A stretch of 64,000 nucleotides of DNA, taken from NCBI RefSeq assembly GCF_009914755.1, contig NC_060938.1; one strand, 5' to 3'. This document shows positions 17,680 through 32,411 of this stretch, in pieces; position 1 is the first letter of the stretch; every line of letters starts with the position of its first letter. The position numbers were made by a program, and so were the translations under genes. The notes under the pieces were generated by a model that did not search any database, was not told where the DNA came from, and worked only from the letters and a program-made list of their open reading frames with translations. Origin of the DNA: the human T2T-CHM13v2.0 reference genome, Homo sapiens.

Positions 17680-18960
17680 GGGTGCCAGGTATGGGGATGG
17701 CACTGTAATTTAAAAAGGGTGATCAGGAAGACCTCGTTGAAAAGTGTCACTTCTTTTTTTTTTTTAATGTATAATTATCATTTTATTTGTAATTGTTAAT
17801 TACAAGTAAAAATGAAATTATAAATAAGTAAATCATACTCCTTAATGGCATAAATAAAAAGTGCCTCGCTTAAATTAATAAAATTTTCCTGACCATAACT
17901 TCTGTGATTTTTTTAAGGGTTTTCAGTTTCTTTTAGGTTTCACCTTTTTTTTTTTATTTTATTTTTTTATTATTATTATACTTTAAGTTTTAGGGTACAT
18001 GTGCACAATGTGCAGGTTAGTTACATATGTATACATGTGCCATGCTGGTGTGCTGCACCCATTAACTCGTCATTTAGCATTAGGTCTATCTCCTAATACT
18101 ATCCCTCCTCCCCCCTCCCCCAGCCCCACAACAGTCCCCAGAGTGTGATGTTCCCCTTCCTGTGTCCATGTGTTCTCATTGTTCAATTCCCACCTATGAG
18201 TGAGAACATACGGTGAAAAGTGTCACTTCTTTAAAGTCCCAAAGGAGGTAAGATAGTGAACAATGAGGAGGCATAGAAAAAAAGTGTTCCAGGCAGAAAG
18301 AAGAGCAGGCACAAAGGCCTTGAGGCAGGCATGTTCCTGGCATATTTCAGGAACAGCAAGGAGGCCAAGGCCTCTGGAGTAGACTGAGTGAAGAAGACAC
18401 TTGTGTAAGATGAATCCAGAGAGCTTAGAATAGGCCGTTGAGGCCTGTATGGGGACTTTTACTCTGAATGAGGTAGGAAGCCATTGAAGGATCTTGAGAG
18501 GGGGGACTGATCTGACTTGCACCTTAATAGGCTGCCTCTGACTGCCATGTCAAGAATAGACTGCACAGGGCTAAAAGTGGAAGCAGGGAGACAGGGCAAG
18601 AGGAGGCCGGAGGTGGGTGGGTAGCCATTGCATTAATCCATGTGAGAGATGGTAGTCTAGAACTGAGTGGGATTGTGAAGGTGGACTGAGAATTTATTTT
18701 AAAGGTAAGCTGACAGAATATGTTGGCAGATGAGATACGGAGTTTGAGAGAAAGAAGTCAAGAGTTTTGGCCTGAGCAGATGGAAGGATTGGAATTGTGA
18801 TGTCCTGAGACAGGGAAATGGCAGCTGAGGCAGGTTGACAGCGAGGACAAGAACTCTGAATTGTAGTGTTAGGCAGGCTTTGGGGTGCCCGTTAGATATC
18901 TGGATGGAAGCGAATAGGCAGTTGGATGAGTCTGGCAGGGGATGAAGCCTCTGGGCTGGA
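17680..18960 (-). mobile_element. L2 LINE fragment (host of the L1 transduction insertion)
   Basis: gttccaggcagaaagaagagcaggcacaaaggccttgagg etc. match L2 3' region. Confidence 0.7.
17754..18215 (-). mobile_element. 5'-truncated young L1PA (L1PA2/3-like 3' UTR) with ~180-bp 3' transduction
   Basis: L1 3' UTR ~17976-18215; polyA#1 ~17945-17975; unique 17766-17944; polyA#2 17754-17765; TSD aaaagtgtcacttcttt at 17740-17756 and 18216-18232. Confidence 0.9.
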
Positions 18961-19318
18961 GTACACATTTGGGAGTCCTCTGCTTCATAGAAAGACCACC
19001 CGGCCTCACTCCTCCTCACATAGGAACAAAGGGCCCATTAATATTGACTCTTGTCAACGCTTAGTATTTGTAAATTTCTTAATTTTTGCTAAAATCATTT
19101 TCTTATTTAAAACTTTTTTCTTGTTGTGGATATGGATGTTTAAATATTTATGTCATCAAATTTACCTGTCCTTTCTTTATAGTTTCATCTACTTTGGGGT
19201 GATGCTTAGAAAGTTGCCCTTGAAAATTCCTTCCACATGTAATACAGTGTATTTCCAATTATAATTGTCTTAGTTAATTTTTATGTCAGTACACTAATTT
19301 ATTTTCTTATTTAAACAG

Positions 19319-19424
19319 GCACTCGTCTGCGAAATGTTCCTGTTCTTTTTAATGACACAGAAACTAATCTGGCAGGAATGTACGGAAAAGTTCGCAAAGC
19401 TGCTAGTTCAATTGATCAGTTTAG
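19319..19424 (+). CDS. GOLGA5: GOLGA5 coding exon
   Basis: AAACAG acceptor, GTAAGC donor; 106 nt (phase 1-2); (G)TRLRNVPVLFNDTETNLAGMYGKVRKAASSIDQF(S). Confidence 0.95.
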
Positions 19425-20541
19425 GTAAGCAATGCCAGTAGGGATGAGTGATGGACCATCAGCTGTTTTTACGTTTTTCAGGGTTTCAATCACAGTGACT
19501 CCCATCAGGCAGAGTCTATATTTAAAGTGACTTACTCCTTTCAAGATATTTTATACTTATATACACTTTTATTTATTTCACAGTTATATTACACTTTCAT
19601 GAAGTGACTTCTTTCATGATATTTGAAATATCATGTCAGAAATTATGTCAAGAGGTCTGCCAATGCCTACATTTTATTGAAGATGATTAACCCTGACTGT
19701 ATCTCTTTTTTCTATAATAAATTCTATTTTTAAAAACTTCATTAAATTTTATTGAGAAAGCCTCTACTTCATGTAAAAGTATCCATTTGAATGTTTTATC
19801 CCAGAATTTTATCATGCTATTAGAATAAAAGATGCTACTATATATAGCTGAACAGCACTCATTGTATTATATATTTTATATAAATAACAAAATTTATGTT
19901 TATGTATATGTAAATTTTTTATATTAGCAGACATCTGCCTTATCAAAAAAATATTTTAATAGTTTACATATAGCATTGATAAGGTTCTTGTCTAAATAAC
20001 CTACTGTACCCTTTTTCTTTGTAGTGTTTATAATGAAAAGTTTTAATGAATTGTGGCATAATAATCTTTTTGTACCTTTTTGTGTCAGAATTGAGCTATT
20101 GTATTAAAAATAAGAATGATATACCAAGATGACTGAAGCCTCAGAACTAGGATGCCATAGCCATTATGTCCAAATTAAGCACATCTAGTTCAACTATTCA
20201 TTTATTCAACATACGTAGTTGTTAGAGAACCTAAGTGCAAGACATTGTGCTAGTGGCAATGAAAGAAGCAGAAAGGGGTATTGCTTCTGCATGTATCTGT
20301 CTTGATAGGGAAAAAAATGTTGCAGAGGCATAATAGATCTGGACATCATATTGCTTCCACACTATTTATTCAAATGCATGAGTTTATAGCTTTGTACCTT
20401 TTAGAAGCATGTATCTATACAAAAGCTTCTAGATTAGCTATTTGCAGGTTAATGCCAACCAGACTCTTTTTTTCCCCAGTCACATAGTTGACACCCACCT
20501 AATCTTTCGTAACTTCTGTAATTCCACTAAAAAAAGATTTA

Positions 20542-20845
<304 letters not shown>

Positions 20846-21145
20846 TTAGGGATCAAGTTTGCCTCCTACAGTTGTGGCTGTAGAATTAAGAGAAATACCT
20901 GTGCTGAAGTTTAACAGCCAAGCCCCAAATAATGATAAAAGCATTTATTTACCTCTATGACATTTTTATATTATTATTTCAAGTAATCATTTAACAGTCT
21001 GCTATAAAAATTGTTCTTCTGTGGTAGCCACATAAATAGTTTAAATGAGTTAAATTTATCAGCATCATTAGATATTACCACAGGAAGATTTGTTTTGACT
21101 GTGACTCTTCTCTCTCCTCTCCCCCTCACACCTGTGTCTGCACAG

Positions 21146-21209
21146 TATTCGCCTGGGAATTTTTCTCCGAAGATACCCCATAGCGCGAGTTTTTGTAATT
21201 ATATATATG
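21146..21209 (+). CDS. GOLGA5: GOLGA5 coding exon (start of C-terminal transmembrane segment)
   Basis: CACAG acceptor, GTAAGT donor; 64 nt (phase 2-0); IRLGIFLRRYPIARVFVIIYM. Confidence 0.95.
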
Positions 21210-21254
21210 GTAAGTAAATTTATTTGAAAAAACAATGATGCACTTGATTTTTAA

Positions 21255-21684
<430 letters not shown>

Positions 21685-22034
21685 TAAATTGACAATTCAT
21701 TATGTCTAGAATATAAATTCCTCAAAGGCTTTTCCTACAAATAAAATTAAACGCAGTCTAATAGTTACCTCCATTTTAAAGCCCTTCTAATGATAAAAAC
21801 AATTTGAATACAAAACAATTTTTTATCTTGACGTTGTAAAGTTGCTTTAATTGTTTTCATGTGTTTTGCTTTATTTTCTAAAAGAGCCTCAAGATTGATT
21901 TACTTTCTCCCAGATTTCTTACCTCTAGTAAAATGGTTACGGTAGTTTGGGATGCCATTTCGCATGTACCGTGTGCCTAAAAAGGCTGCTAACTATTTGG
22001 AGTGGGTATGTCTAAAAGTAGTTGGGTTGAATGA

Positions 22035-22424
<390 letters not shown>

Positions 22425-23125
22425 ATAATAACAAGTTTTTAAGAAGGAAAGCGTGGGGAGTACAAAAAAAAATTGAATGGCATCAGAAAGCATTCAGAAT
22501 ATGCCCCAGAGGGGTTGATTTCCCAGGTGTTAGTGATGATGAGTAACACGGGCACTGTCATGAGATGGTGCCCATGAGATGTGATTTCTGGCACACGACA
22601 AAGTGGTGAGGCACTTAGTGATGGAATCTCGTATCATTTCGGTACTACCATGAGGGAATTAAATTTGTCACTATGAATCGTGTTCTGGGCCCTACATCAG
22701 CCTCTGAAACGACACATTATTTCTGTCTAGAATATTTTCCCATCTCTTCTTCACCGAACATTGGTTAAACTCTCTTTCAGAATACCAACTATAACTGTTC
22801 TAAAAGTGTTTTCTAACCAACTTCATGTGTATCTAGCAGTTTTAATCACTCTGCATTATAATCAACTGATTATTTTGCATACACGTGCATATTGTGAATG
22901 TGTTGAAGTTCAGAGCTGACTCCTCTCAACTGAATTCTGTAGGAGTAGCAAGTCTTTATTACCTTCCATTGCACTGAGCTCATTTAGTTGTTTCATTCAT
23001 TCCTTCATGTGTCCCATAGGGGATACAGAGGCAGGTAAGACACAGTGCCTGCCCTCAGTGTACAGTGGGCCTTTGGTAAAAATTGGTTTATTGGCTAATC
23101 CACAAATTGCTTTTTCTTTCTCTAG

Positions 23126-23206
23126 GCTTTGCTTCACCTCTGGGTCATGATTGTTCTGTTGACTTACACACCAGAAATGCACCACGACCAACCATATGGC
23201 AAATGA
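23126..23206 (+). CDS. GOLGA5: GOLGA5 last coding exon (rest of TM anchor and short lumenal tail)
   Basis: TTTCTCTAG acceptor; ALLHLWVMIVLLTYTPEMHHDQPYGK then TGA at 23204-23206. Confidence 0.96.
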   Translation, partial: ALLHLWVMIVLLTYTPEMHHDQPYGK

Positions 23207-23715
23207 ACCAAGCCCAGTTGTTGCAGTGATTGGTTGTCTTTTTCTAGACTTGGGATCTGCAAGAAGGCCAATTGCCTAAAATTTCTGAGAACAGTGCACA
23301 AGATTATTTTATCACTACAAGCTTTTAACTTTTTAAGTTATTGTACAAGTATTCTACCTAAATCTTCCAATTTCCTTTAAATGGTAAGAGTTTCTAAAAC
23401 AGACAATAATTTAACAAGCTCAGCTCTGCTTTATCTGAGTTTAGTGGTCCTAATATATATGTAGAGAAAGATGGTGGGGTTGTTCACCTCTGTACAGACC
23501 ATCTGTATGTTAGGTGACATTGATTATGGGTTATAATCAGGGAAACTAATTGTATTTAGTGACAAAAATAAAAAGTTTTTTTTTATAATTCAGTCTGCTT
23601 TTGGATTTTCATATATTTAACTTTGCAAAAAGATTTACTTTGTACATGTTACAGGCTTGATTGGTGTAAATCTTTTTATAAATACATAAATAAAAGAAAA
23701 ATATGCATTTTTCTT
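23207..23715 (+). other. GOLGA5: GOLGA5 3' UTR (end approximate)
   Basis: AT-rich unique sequence after the stop codon, up to ~20 nt past AATAAA at 23689. Confidence 0.75.
23689..23694 (+). terminator. Likely main polyadenylation signal AATAAA (alternatives: AATAAA 23567-23572, ATTAAA 23742-23747)
   Basis: AATAAA with upstream TGTA motifs (23641, 23665) and downstream T-rich tract. Confidence 0.7.
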
Positions 23716-24135
23716 TTCTAAAATAATGGTTTTTCATCCCCATTAAACAAGACCTTTCCAGACGGACTTTAGTGAGTAGAGCCAGACAGAAAGCAGCTGA
23801 AGTCACTTGTAAGTAATTCTTAGTGTTTGCCACTTCTTCCCAATGGATGCTCCTGTCTTCCCCTTTCCAGCTCCCTGTGCTGTCTTCCTTGGATTCTTAC
23901 TCACTCATTGCCTTCCTTTTCTCCAGCCTATATGTTGAGTTAGCTCGTGATATGCATAACCCCTGCTTGTAGTGTTTAGGAATCAAACCTGCCTTAGCAA
24001 CCTATGCTTTTTTAAGGTACTCTAGTGCAGAGATATTATTCGAAATGAGACATTTTCTTTGAAAATGTCCGTTGTATTGTCTCTTTTACATTGGGCCCAA
24101 TGTATTATCTGTTTTGACTTTCATTTTCATCTTCA

Positions 24136-24835
24136 TTTTTTTTTGTTTTTTAAAGAAACAGGGTCTTACTCTTGTCACCAAGGCTGGAGTTCAGTGGCAC
24201 AGTCGTAGCTAGCTGCAGCCTCGAACCCTTGGACTCAAGTGATCCTCCTGCCTTAGCCTTCCGAGTAGCTGGGATTACAGACTTGAGCTACCACACCCAG
24301 CGAAGAGCAGTTTTAAATTTTGAGGTGTCCAATTTGTCAGTTTTTAAATTTTCTTGTTCATACTTTGTGTTCCTATCAAAGAAACCTTTGCCTAACCCAA
24401 GGTTACAAAGATTTTCTCCTATCATTTCATCTAGAAATTTTATACTTTTAGGCTTTCCATTTAAGTTTACGATCCATGTTGAGTTAATTTTTATATCAAT
24501 AAACCCTCCAACTTGATTTAAACTTTTTTTTTTAATTTTTAGAAATGGGGTCTTGCTCTGACACCCAGGCTAGAGTGCAAGGGCACCATCATAGCCCACT
24601 GCAGCCCCAAACTCCTGGGCTTAGGCAGTCCTCCCACCTCAGGCTCACAAGGAACTGTGACTACAGGCATGCACCACCACACCTGGCTAATTTTTTTTTC
24701 TTTCTTTTTTTTTTTTGTAGAGACAGGGTCTCACTATGTTACCCAGATTGGTCTCAAACTCCTGGCCTCAAGCAGTCCTCCCACCTCAGCCGCCTAAGGT
24801 GTGGGAATTACAGGCATAAGCCACTGCACCTGGCC
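24136..24835 (-). mobile_element. Alu monomer (24136-24300), L1M fragment, and AluJ (24525-24835)
   Basis: Alu text flanking antisense L1 text (ctttgcctaacccaaggttacaaagattttctcc). Confidence 0.75.
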
Positions 24836-25355
24836 CTGCATGTCTGAATTATTAAGTTGTTCTGTCACCCGGCTACTCTCTTCATAGGTAATTAATATAT
24901 GTGGATCTTGGGCTGTGCAAGGGTACAGTCCTTCCTGTCAAGGGGAACATCTTGGAAGCAGTCTGCTTGGTGCCTCACTGAACGTCTGACTGAAGTTTCT
25001 ACTCTTTAAATGTGTCTCCATCATGACTTTAATTGACATAGAAGCCCTATAAATTCTTCAGAAGTTCTGGTACACTATTAGATGTGTATGTTTCTTATTT
25101 TTCATTGGAAAATGAAGTTTTAAAGGTCATCTTAGGTGTGTTTGGGCCTTTTTTTCCCAACTTGGCATGGGTGAAAAATGCAGAAAGTTCCCCATCGTAT
25201 GAGAGCAGATGTTGGGATTGGAGGTAGAGGCACATGACTTAAGTTTGTCTAGGACTTATGGCACAGTCTTACTCTGGTGTGATAGCCCATCACTGTCTAA
25301 GCTGTTAAGTCAGGGCTGCTCTCAAACAGAATAAAGTAACAGTTTAGTCTTGTGA

Positions 25356-25654
<299 letters not shown>

Positions 25655-26241
25655 TTGTTATTATATTTTAAAGGTTTGATTTTTCCCCCCCCCTCTTCTA
25701 ATTTGGAAATATTTCTGGAAAATGATTAAAACCAGGTTACAAACTTCAAACAGAGAACAGCCCATGCTTCATCATCAGGTGTTGCCAGACTTTCCATCTC
25801 CATGGACGTCCTCCTGGCTTTTGTTGAGATGTCTCTAAGTCCTTTGTTCAGTCTTTACACATTCTTGGCTTTGAAAATAGTTTGACAGTGTGCTTCCGGG
25901 ATTGTTTTTCTGCAGTTACTTAAATATTTAATTGGGTTTCAGTTTCAGGAACCTTGACTACTAACAAACTAGGCAGTTTTTTAAAGCGCTACCATTCCTT
26001 ATCCTCAGATGACACAAAACTTTCTTGACCTAATTAAAGGGGTTGCATGAGAGCGGAGTTTTTTTCCTTCTCAAATCAATATATTTATTTAAAGACATTG
26101 TAAATTGTATGCATATATTTACACGTACATGTTATCAGAGCTCTTATACTGCTTTTTATTTATAGGTGTCAATTGGAAAATAAGATTATTCTAAAATTTC
26201 CCTTTCTCTAGACTTTGTGCTTACTGAAAAATACCATTTTG

Positions 26242-26365
26242 GGCCAGGTGTGCTGGCTCACACTTGTAATCCTAGCACTTTGGGAGGCCGAGGTGGGAGG
26301 ATTGCTTGAGCTCAGGAATTTGAAACCAGCCTGGGTAACATATTTAAAAAAAAATAAAAAGAAAA
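26242..26365 (+). mobile_element. FLAM/Alu left monomer
   Basis: single Alu arm plus A-rich tail. Confidence 0.8.
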
Positions 26366-26847
26366 TGCCATATTTATTGCTGTGGAACAAAAACTTCAAA
26401 GAAAAAGCATGGATTTTATTAAAATATGGTGGAAATAGGCTTTCCTTGTTAGCTCTGTAAATGAGGTAATAGAATATCTGGTCAGGGCAGTTCAGCTTTA
26501 CCTTAAAACTAAGACCCATCTCACCCTGTGGGGCAGGGAGGTGGAAGCTACTTAAATATGTCTTGCTGGACTCCAGCTCCCTGGTGCAAGAGGCCAGCTG
26601 AGTGTTGGAAAAGGCTGGTATGTGTGTCTTGGTCTGGTAGGAAGTAGAAGGAAAGGACTAGTAAAGCCTAAGGGGTAGTTAAGGACTAAAGACCTAAGGG
26701 ACTTCAGGCTCTAATTGGCCAGAAAAAAGAAATACCTGAGAAGGGTGTCTTAGTGGCTGTTCTGCACACATTGAGACTGCTACCGTATTCCTATTCTTTC
26801 CTGAATGAGAAGAACATGAATTAAATGATTCTGAACTTACATACTTC

Positions 26848-27148
26848 TTTTTTTGGTGGGCCAGGGACAGAGTCCTGTTCTGTCGCCCAGTCTGGAGTGC
26901 AGGGGCGCGATCTCAGCTCACCACAACCTCTGCCTCCCGGGTTCAAGCAATTCTCCCTGCCTCAGCCTCCTAAGTAGCTGGGATTACAGGTGTCTGCCAC
27001 CATGCCCGGCTAATTTTTGTATATTTTTAGTAGAGATGGGGTTTTGCCATATTGTCCAGGCTGGTCTCAAACTCCTGACCTCAAGTGATCTGCTCTCCTC
27101 GGCTTCCCAAAGTCCTGGGATTACAGGCATGAGCCACCGCGCCCGGCC
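26848..27148 (-). mobile_element. AluS SINE
   Basis: Alu body; TSD-like aactt(a/c)catacttct. Confidence 0.9.
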
Positions 27149-28597
27149 CCAAACTTCCATACTTCTAGTCGGTGATCTGCTTTCCAGACACAATAAAAAC
27201 ACACAAACACTCAAAATAAGTGAAACTCTTTCATAAGCTCACTTGAGCAACAAACATGCTACATATGGAAGGCTTATTTAGAGAAGATGTCTCAAGGAAA
27301 AAAGTGGGTAGTGAAATAATTTTGTTTTAAACCACTATAAGACTGCAAAGTAATTTGAATTATGAGGACCCTTTGTGCTGGCCACTGGAACTGGGGATAG
27401 AGTGGTCAACAACAAAGTCCCTGCCTCTGCGGAGCTTTCACTGAAGTGGGAAAGACAAGACTACAAACATACACATCACGTCACTCAGCGTTAAGTGTAT
27501 GAAGAAAAATAGAATGGGGTGAAGGTATAGAGTAGGTTGGAGGGTGACCAGCAAAGTTGTCTCTGCAGAAGTGGCAGGGCCTGAATGAAGTGGTGGGCCA
27601 TGGGAAATACAGGGCGGGATTTCTGTGCAGTAGGTTCAGCAAGAAGCCCAAAGCTTCTGAGTGGGCGCGTGCTTAGTGTGTTCGAGAACTAGACTGGCAG
27701 GGAGGCCAGAGTGGCTGGAAGGGGACAAGTGGAGGAGAAGAGGAGGGTGGAGCCAACCCTGTAGGGACCTGTATGCCAGCGTTAGGACTTTGTATTAAAA
27801 ATCGCTTTTTTGTTTCTGCTTGGTAACCCCCTCTGCCCCTGAACCACTACCTTCTTTAAACAGAGAAAACCTTTAAAAATCTACATTTGGGCATCTACAG
27901 ACTACAGTTGTTCCACATGCCAATGCTGAATAGTAAGAATTCATTTTGTGGAGAACAGGCTATACCTGAGGAGGTACTTTGCTATGTACTAAGAACACCA
28001 AATCAGTGAATTTGTAGATTCCCCAAAAACTTTTGGTCTCCACATTCACAGTCAACTCATCTTTATTCAAATCAGGGACAAACCAAAAGATGAAATCAAG
28101 AGTAGAGCCCTTCGTGTCTGAAGGCAAACATCTTCCATCCTTTGACCAACCCTAGTGTGACTCACTGCCTGGCATCACCGCTCTTGTGCTGCCAGAACTC
28201 ATAAGCTGAAATGGCTTCAGACCTTTCTGATCCCCTGAGAGGAATGACATTACTTTTTTAGCCACTATTGTATTCCCCAGTGCCTAGAACAGTATCTGGC
28301 ACGTAACTGGCCTGCACTTGATGTTCATTGAACCTCATTGAATCGAGCAAAGCACTAAGCTCATGCACGAGTCTTTAAGCTTCCTAGACCTTCACTCAGC
28401 ATCTATCCTATTTATACAGCTCATCTGGTTTCTAAAACCATAGCAAAGAAGAGAAATTGTAACTGGCCAGGTACGTTGACAATAGTGTGGATTTAGATCG
28501 GGCAGCTTGGCAGGGCTTCCTCCAAAACGGGAAAAGCCATAAGAATTTGAAAGCAGAAGATGGCCTGAAGATATTGCTGGCCATAGATGTTCATAGT

Positions 28598-29015
28598 TGT
28601 GTTAGTCTGTTTTGACTGCTATAATAAAAGAACATAGACTGGCTTATCAACAACACAGGTTTACTTCTCACAGTTCTGGAGACTGGGAAGTCCAAGATGA
28701 AGGCATCAGCAGATTTGGTGTCTAGCAAGGGTCCTTTTCCTCTTAGACAGTCTTCTTACTGTAACCTTACATGGCAGAAGGGGTGAAGGATCTCTCTGGG
28801 GCCTCTCTTTTTTGTTGTTTGTTTTTGTTTTTGTTTTGAGACAGTCTCGCTCTGTCACCCAGGCTGGAGTGCAGTGGCGCAATCTCGGCTCACTGCAACC
28901 TCCGCCTCCCAGGTTCACACCATTCTCCTGTCTGGGGCCTCTTTTATGGGCACTTATCCCATTCGTAATCCATCCTCAGGACCTAATCACTTCCAAAGAC
29001 ACCACCTTCAAATAA
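28598..29015 (-). mobile_element. MaLR LTR (MLT1A/MST-type) with a severely 5'-truncated Alu (28808-28932)
   Basis: ctcacagttctggagactgggaagtccaagatgaaggc; Alu flanked by ctggggcctct. Confidence 0.75.
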
Positions 29016-29102
29016 ACTTAACTACTAGCAATTTGCTTTAATTCATAAACATGGCACAAGTCACTTGAATCAAAGAATTAAAACTTAATTAGGACTAGAA
29101 CA

Positions 29103-29598
29103 CACATTCTCAACATAGGTGATGTCACTCCCAAGGGGGTTAAATTTCCTAGGAGGGTAAAGATATCTTACTGTTTTTATCTATAAAGAGCCCAGATATG
29201 CATGTGGTATGTAACAGTATATCTGTGGTATTAGGATTGTATGTGTGGGCCGGGCACAGTGGCTCATGCCTATAATCCCAGTACTTTGGGAAGCCAGGAT
29301 AAGCAGATTGCTTGAGTTCAGGAGTTCACAACCAGCCTGGGAAGCATGGTGAAACCCCATCTCTACAAAAAAAAAAAAAAAAAATTTAAAGCCGGTTGTG
29401 GTGGCATGCATCTGTAGTCCCAGCTACTCAGTAGGCTGAGGTGGGAGGTTTACTTGAGCCTGGGAAGTTGAGGCTGTAGTGAGCTGTGATCATGCCACTG
29501 CACTCCAGCCTGGACAGCAGAGCAAAATCCTGTCTCAAAAAAATAAAAAAGACTGTATTGGGATAGTAATAATGAAAAAAAGTATTGAGAAACACTGG
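29103..29598. mobile_element. hAT-Charlie MITE (MER112-like) interrupted by AluJ (29248-29550, +)
   Basis: attctcaac...ttgagaaacactg ends; cagtatatctgtggtatt core. Confidence 0.6.
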
Positions 29599-29669
29599 GC
29601 TAGAATGATAAGGCAGAGACCTATTTCCTGCCCTCATGGAGCCTACATTCTAACAAATGGAACTGTTTT

Positions 29670-30225
29670 TTAAATTTTTAAATCAGAACATACATATTTT
29701 TGGGGTACAGTGACAATTTAACACATTCATACAATTTGTAAAGATTAAATTAGTGTCATTGGGATATTCATCACCTTATTTGTCTTTATGCTAGAAATAT
29801 TCTAAATATTCTAGCCATTTTAAAATGTAAAATAGATTATTGTGAACTATAGTCACCCTATGGATTTATCAAACAGTGAGTCTTACTCCATCAACTGTGT
29901 GTTTGTATCCATTAATTCGCCTCTCTTCATTCCCTCCTCCAAACTACCTTTCCTGGTCTCTGGTAACTGCCAGTCCACTATCTTCTGAGATCCAATTTTT
30001 TACCTCCCACATACGAGTCAGTACATGCAATATTTGTCTTTCTGTGCCTGGCTTAGTTTACTGAACATAATGACCTCCAGTTCCATCCATGTTGCTACAA
30101 ATGACAGGATTTCATTCTTTTTATGGCTGAGTAATATTCCATTGTGTGTATATGCCACATTTTCTTTATCCATTCATCCATAAATAGGCACTTAAGTTGA
30201 TTCTATATTTTGGCCATTGTGAAGA
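29670..30225 (-). mobile_element. L1MA 3' end fragment
   Basis: ataatgacctccagttccatccatgttgctacaaatgacaggatttcattc. Confidence 0.8.
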
Positions 30226-30841
30226 GGAAACTGGTTTTTAAAGTCATGCATGACCTGGCCCTCACTACCCCATGACTTTCCAGCCACTCCCCACATCTCA
30301 TTCTACCCTCATCTCTCTGACCACTATGCTAGTCTATTACTGTTCTGATTATTCACTGCCTCTTACTGTGGGAGGATTTTACTTCCTGTCCCACTGATAT
30401 CAGCCTTGGCCACATGACCTGACTTGCTTTGACTCACCAGCCAAATGTTAGTGGTGAAATATTAGTGGAACAGTTCCCTTCCTCAGCAGAAGCTTTAAGA
30501 GTCATCTGTGGCTTTGACACCTAACTTGTTCCTCCTCCATGAGTTTAGCGTGTCCCAGATAGGGGCTGTCCTTCAGCCTAGGCCCTGGAATGAAGCATGT
30601 CCACAGTGGACATGTGGCTGGAATGAAAAGTAAATCTTTGCTTTTGTGGATTCCTGAAATTAGGAGGAATAGCTAACAATAGCTGACTAGTGTGTCCAAC
30701 AGTGCACTAACCAAGTTTTCTCCCTGCCTCCAGACCTTCCCTTCTTGGCTTTTGTCCCCTCCTAATGTCAGCATAGATGCCACTTGGTGAAATCAGAACT
30801 CCATCTTTCCCTGCAAAAAGAAAAAAAAATAGTAGCCTAGG

Positions 30842-31325
30842 TGTTCGTAGGCAGAATGATGCTCCCCCACAAAGATGTGAGTGCCCTTCTTTGCCCTCGT
30901 CACTGAAACCTGTAAATATGTCATCTTACAAGGCAAAGGGGGTGTTGTCCATACGGTTAACGATCACAAAATATGGAGATTATCCTGAATTACCCCACAG
31001 GGATCCTTAAAAGATGGAAAAGGAAGCAGAAGAATCAGAGACGATGTGACAAGGGAAGCAGAGGTTGCAGCAATGCCATTGTTGGCTTTGAAGGTGGAGG
31101 AAGGAAGGGGCTCTGAGCTGCAGACTGCAGGAGGCCTCTAGAAGCTGAAAAAGATGAGGAAACAGATTCTCCCCTAAAGCCTTCACACGAAATGCAGCCC
31201 TGCGACACCTTGACTTTAGCCCAGTGAGACCCACTCCAGACTTACGCTCTCTAGAACTGCAAGATAATAAATTCGTGTTGTTTTAAGCCACTAAGTTTGT
31301 GGTAATTTGTTACAGCAGCTGTACA
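30842..31325 (+). mobile_element. MLT1C/D MaLR LTR
   Basis: gaggcctctagaagctg...ctagaactgcaagataataaattcgtgttgttttaagccactaagtttgtggtaatttgttacagcagc. Confidence 0.8.
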
Positions 31326-32116
31326 ATATGGGCGTGGCATCCCTCCCTGGTGAGGAGCTCCCACAGCACCCTCATCACAGTCCTTGTGCTTCACAGGGCT
31401 GCCTCTTCACTTTCCACCCTGCCAGCAGGACTCCAAGCTTGACATTTCAACTCTATCACAGTTGTCTCCTCAGAGCCCAGAATAGTGCAAGGAACTTAGT
31501 AAGTACTCAGTGCAGATTTGTCAAATGAACAATTTTCAAAACCAGGACTAAATTAGAGCTGAATGCTACTATTTTCTGACTTGATGGCTTAAGTAGCTGT
31601 GGTCCTTAGAAGCCACTTACCATCTCTGACCCTCAATTTCCTTGTTGTTAAAAATGGAGAAAATGCCACCATCACAAAGAAGTCCCCCACAGGGAAAAAG
31701 AGCATTTTCTAAGCTGTAAAGTGCATTCCAATTTGAGTTTTATTGGATGGCATGTTTATAAAGTCAAATGAAGCTGAGATAGTGAAAAACGGCCCTGCTA
31801 GACAATCAACCATGTGTCCAGCAGAATATAAACAATACTCAGAACAAGACATTGACAAGGCCAGTCTTGGGAGCACAAAAATTACTAAACATTCCCTTCT
31901 ACTAATAAGCATTGCCCCTTTCTGAACAACTGCTGCTGCTTTGCCAATAACAACTCAAGCCCCCATGTTAACCCTCCTAGATAGCAATGATTGAGATACT
32001 CAGTCACGAAATTGCTCCTGCTTCTCGACAACATGCATCCCAGAACTGGCCCCCATTACTTATTCTCCCTCACAATGTTCCAAAACAAGCCAAAACCCTT
32101 TAAGAAGCCCCTGTCA

Positions 32117-32411
32117 GCTGGGCTCAGCAGCTCACGCCTATAATCCCAGCTCTTTGGGAGGCAGAGATAGGAGGATCACTTGAGTCCTGGAGTTCCAGAC
32201 CAGCCTAGGCAATACAGTGAGACCATGTCTCTACAAAAAATTTAAAAATTAGCCTAGTGTGGTGGTGCACACCTATAGTCTTAGCTACTTGGGAGGCTGA
32301 GGTGGGAGGATCACTTGAGCCCAGGAGTTCGAGATTACAGTGACCTATGGCCACTGCACTCCAACCTGGGCAACAGAGGGAGACCCTATCTCTTAAGAAA
32401 AAAAAAAAAAA
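32117..32411 (+). mobile_element. AluJ SINE
   Basis: Alu body. Confidence 0.88.
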
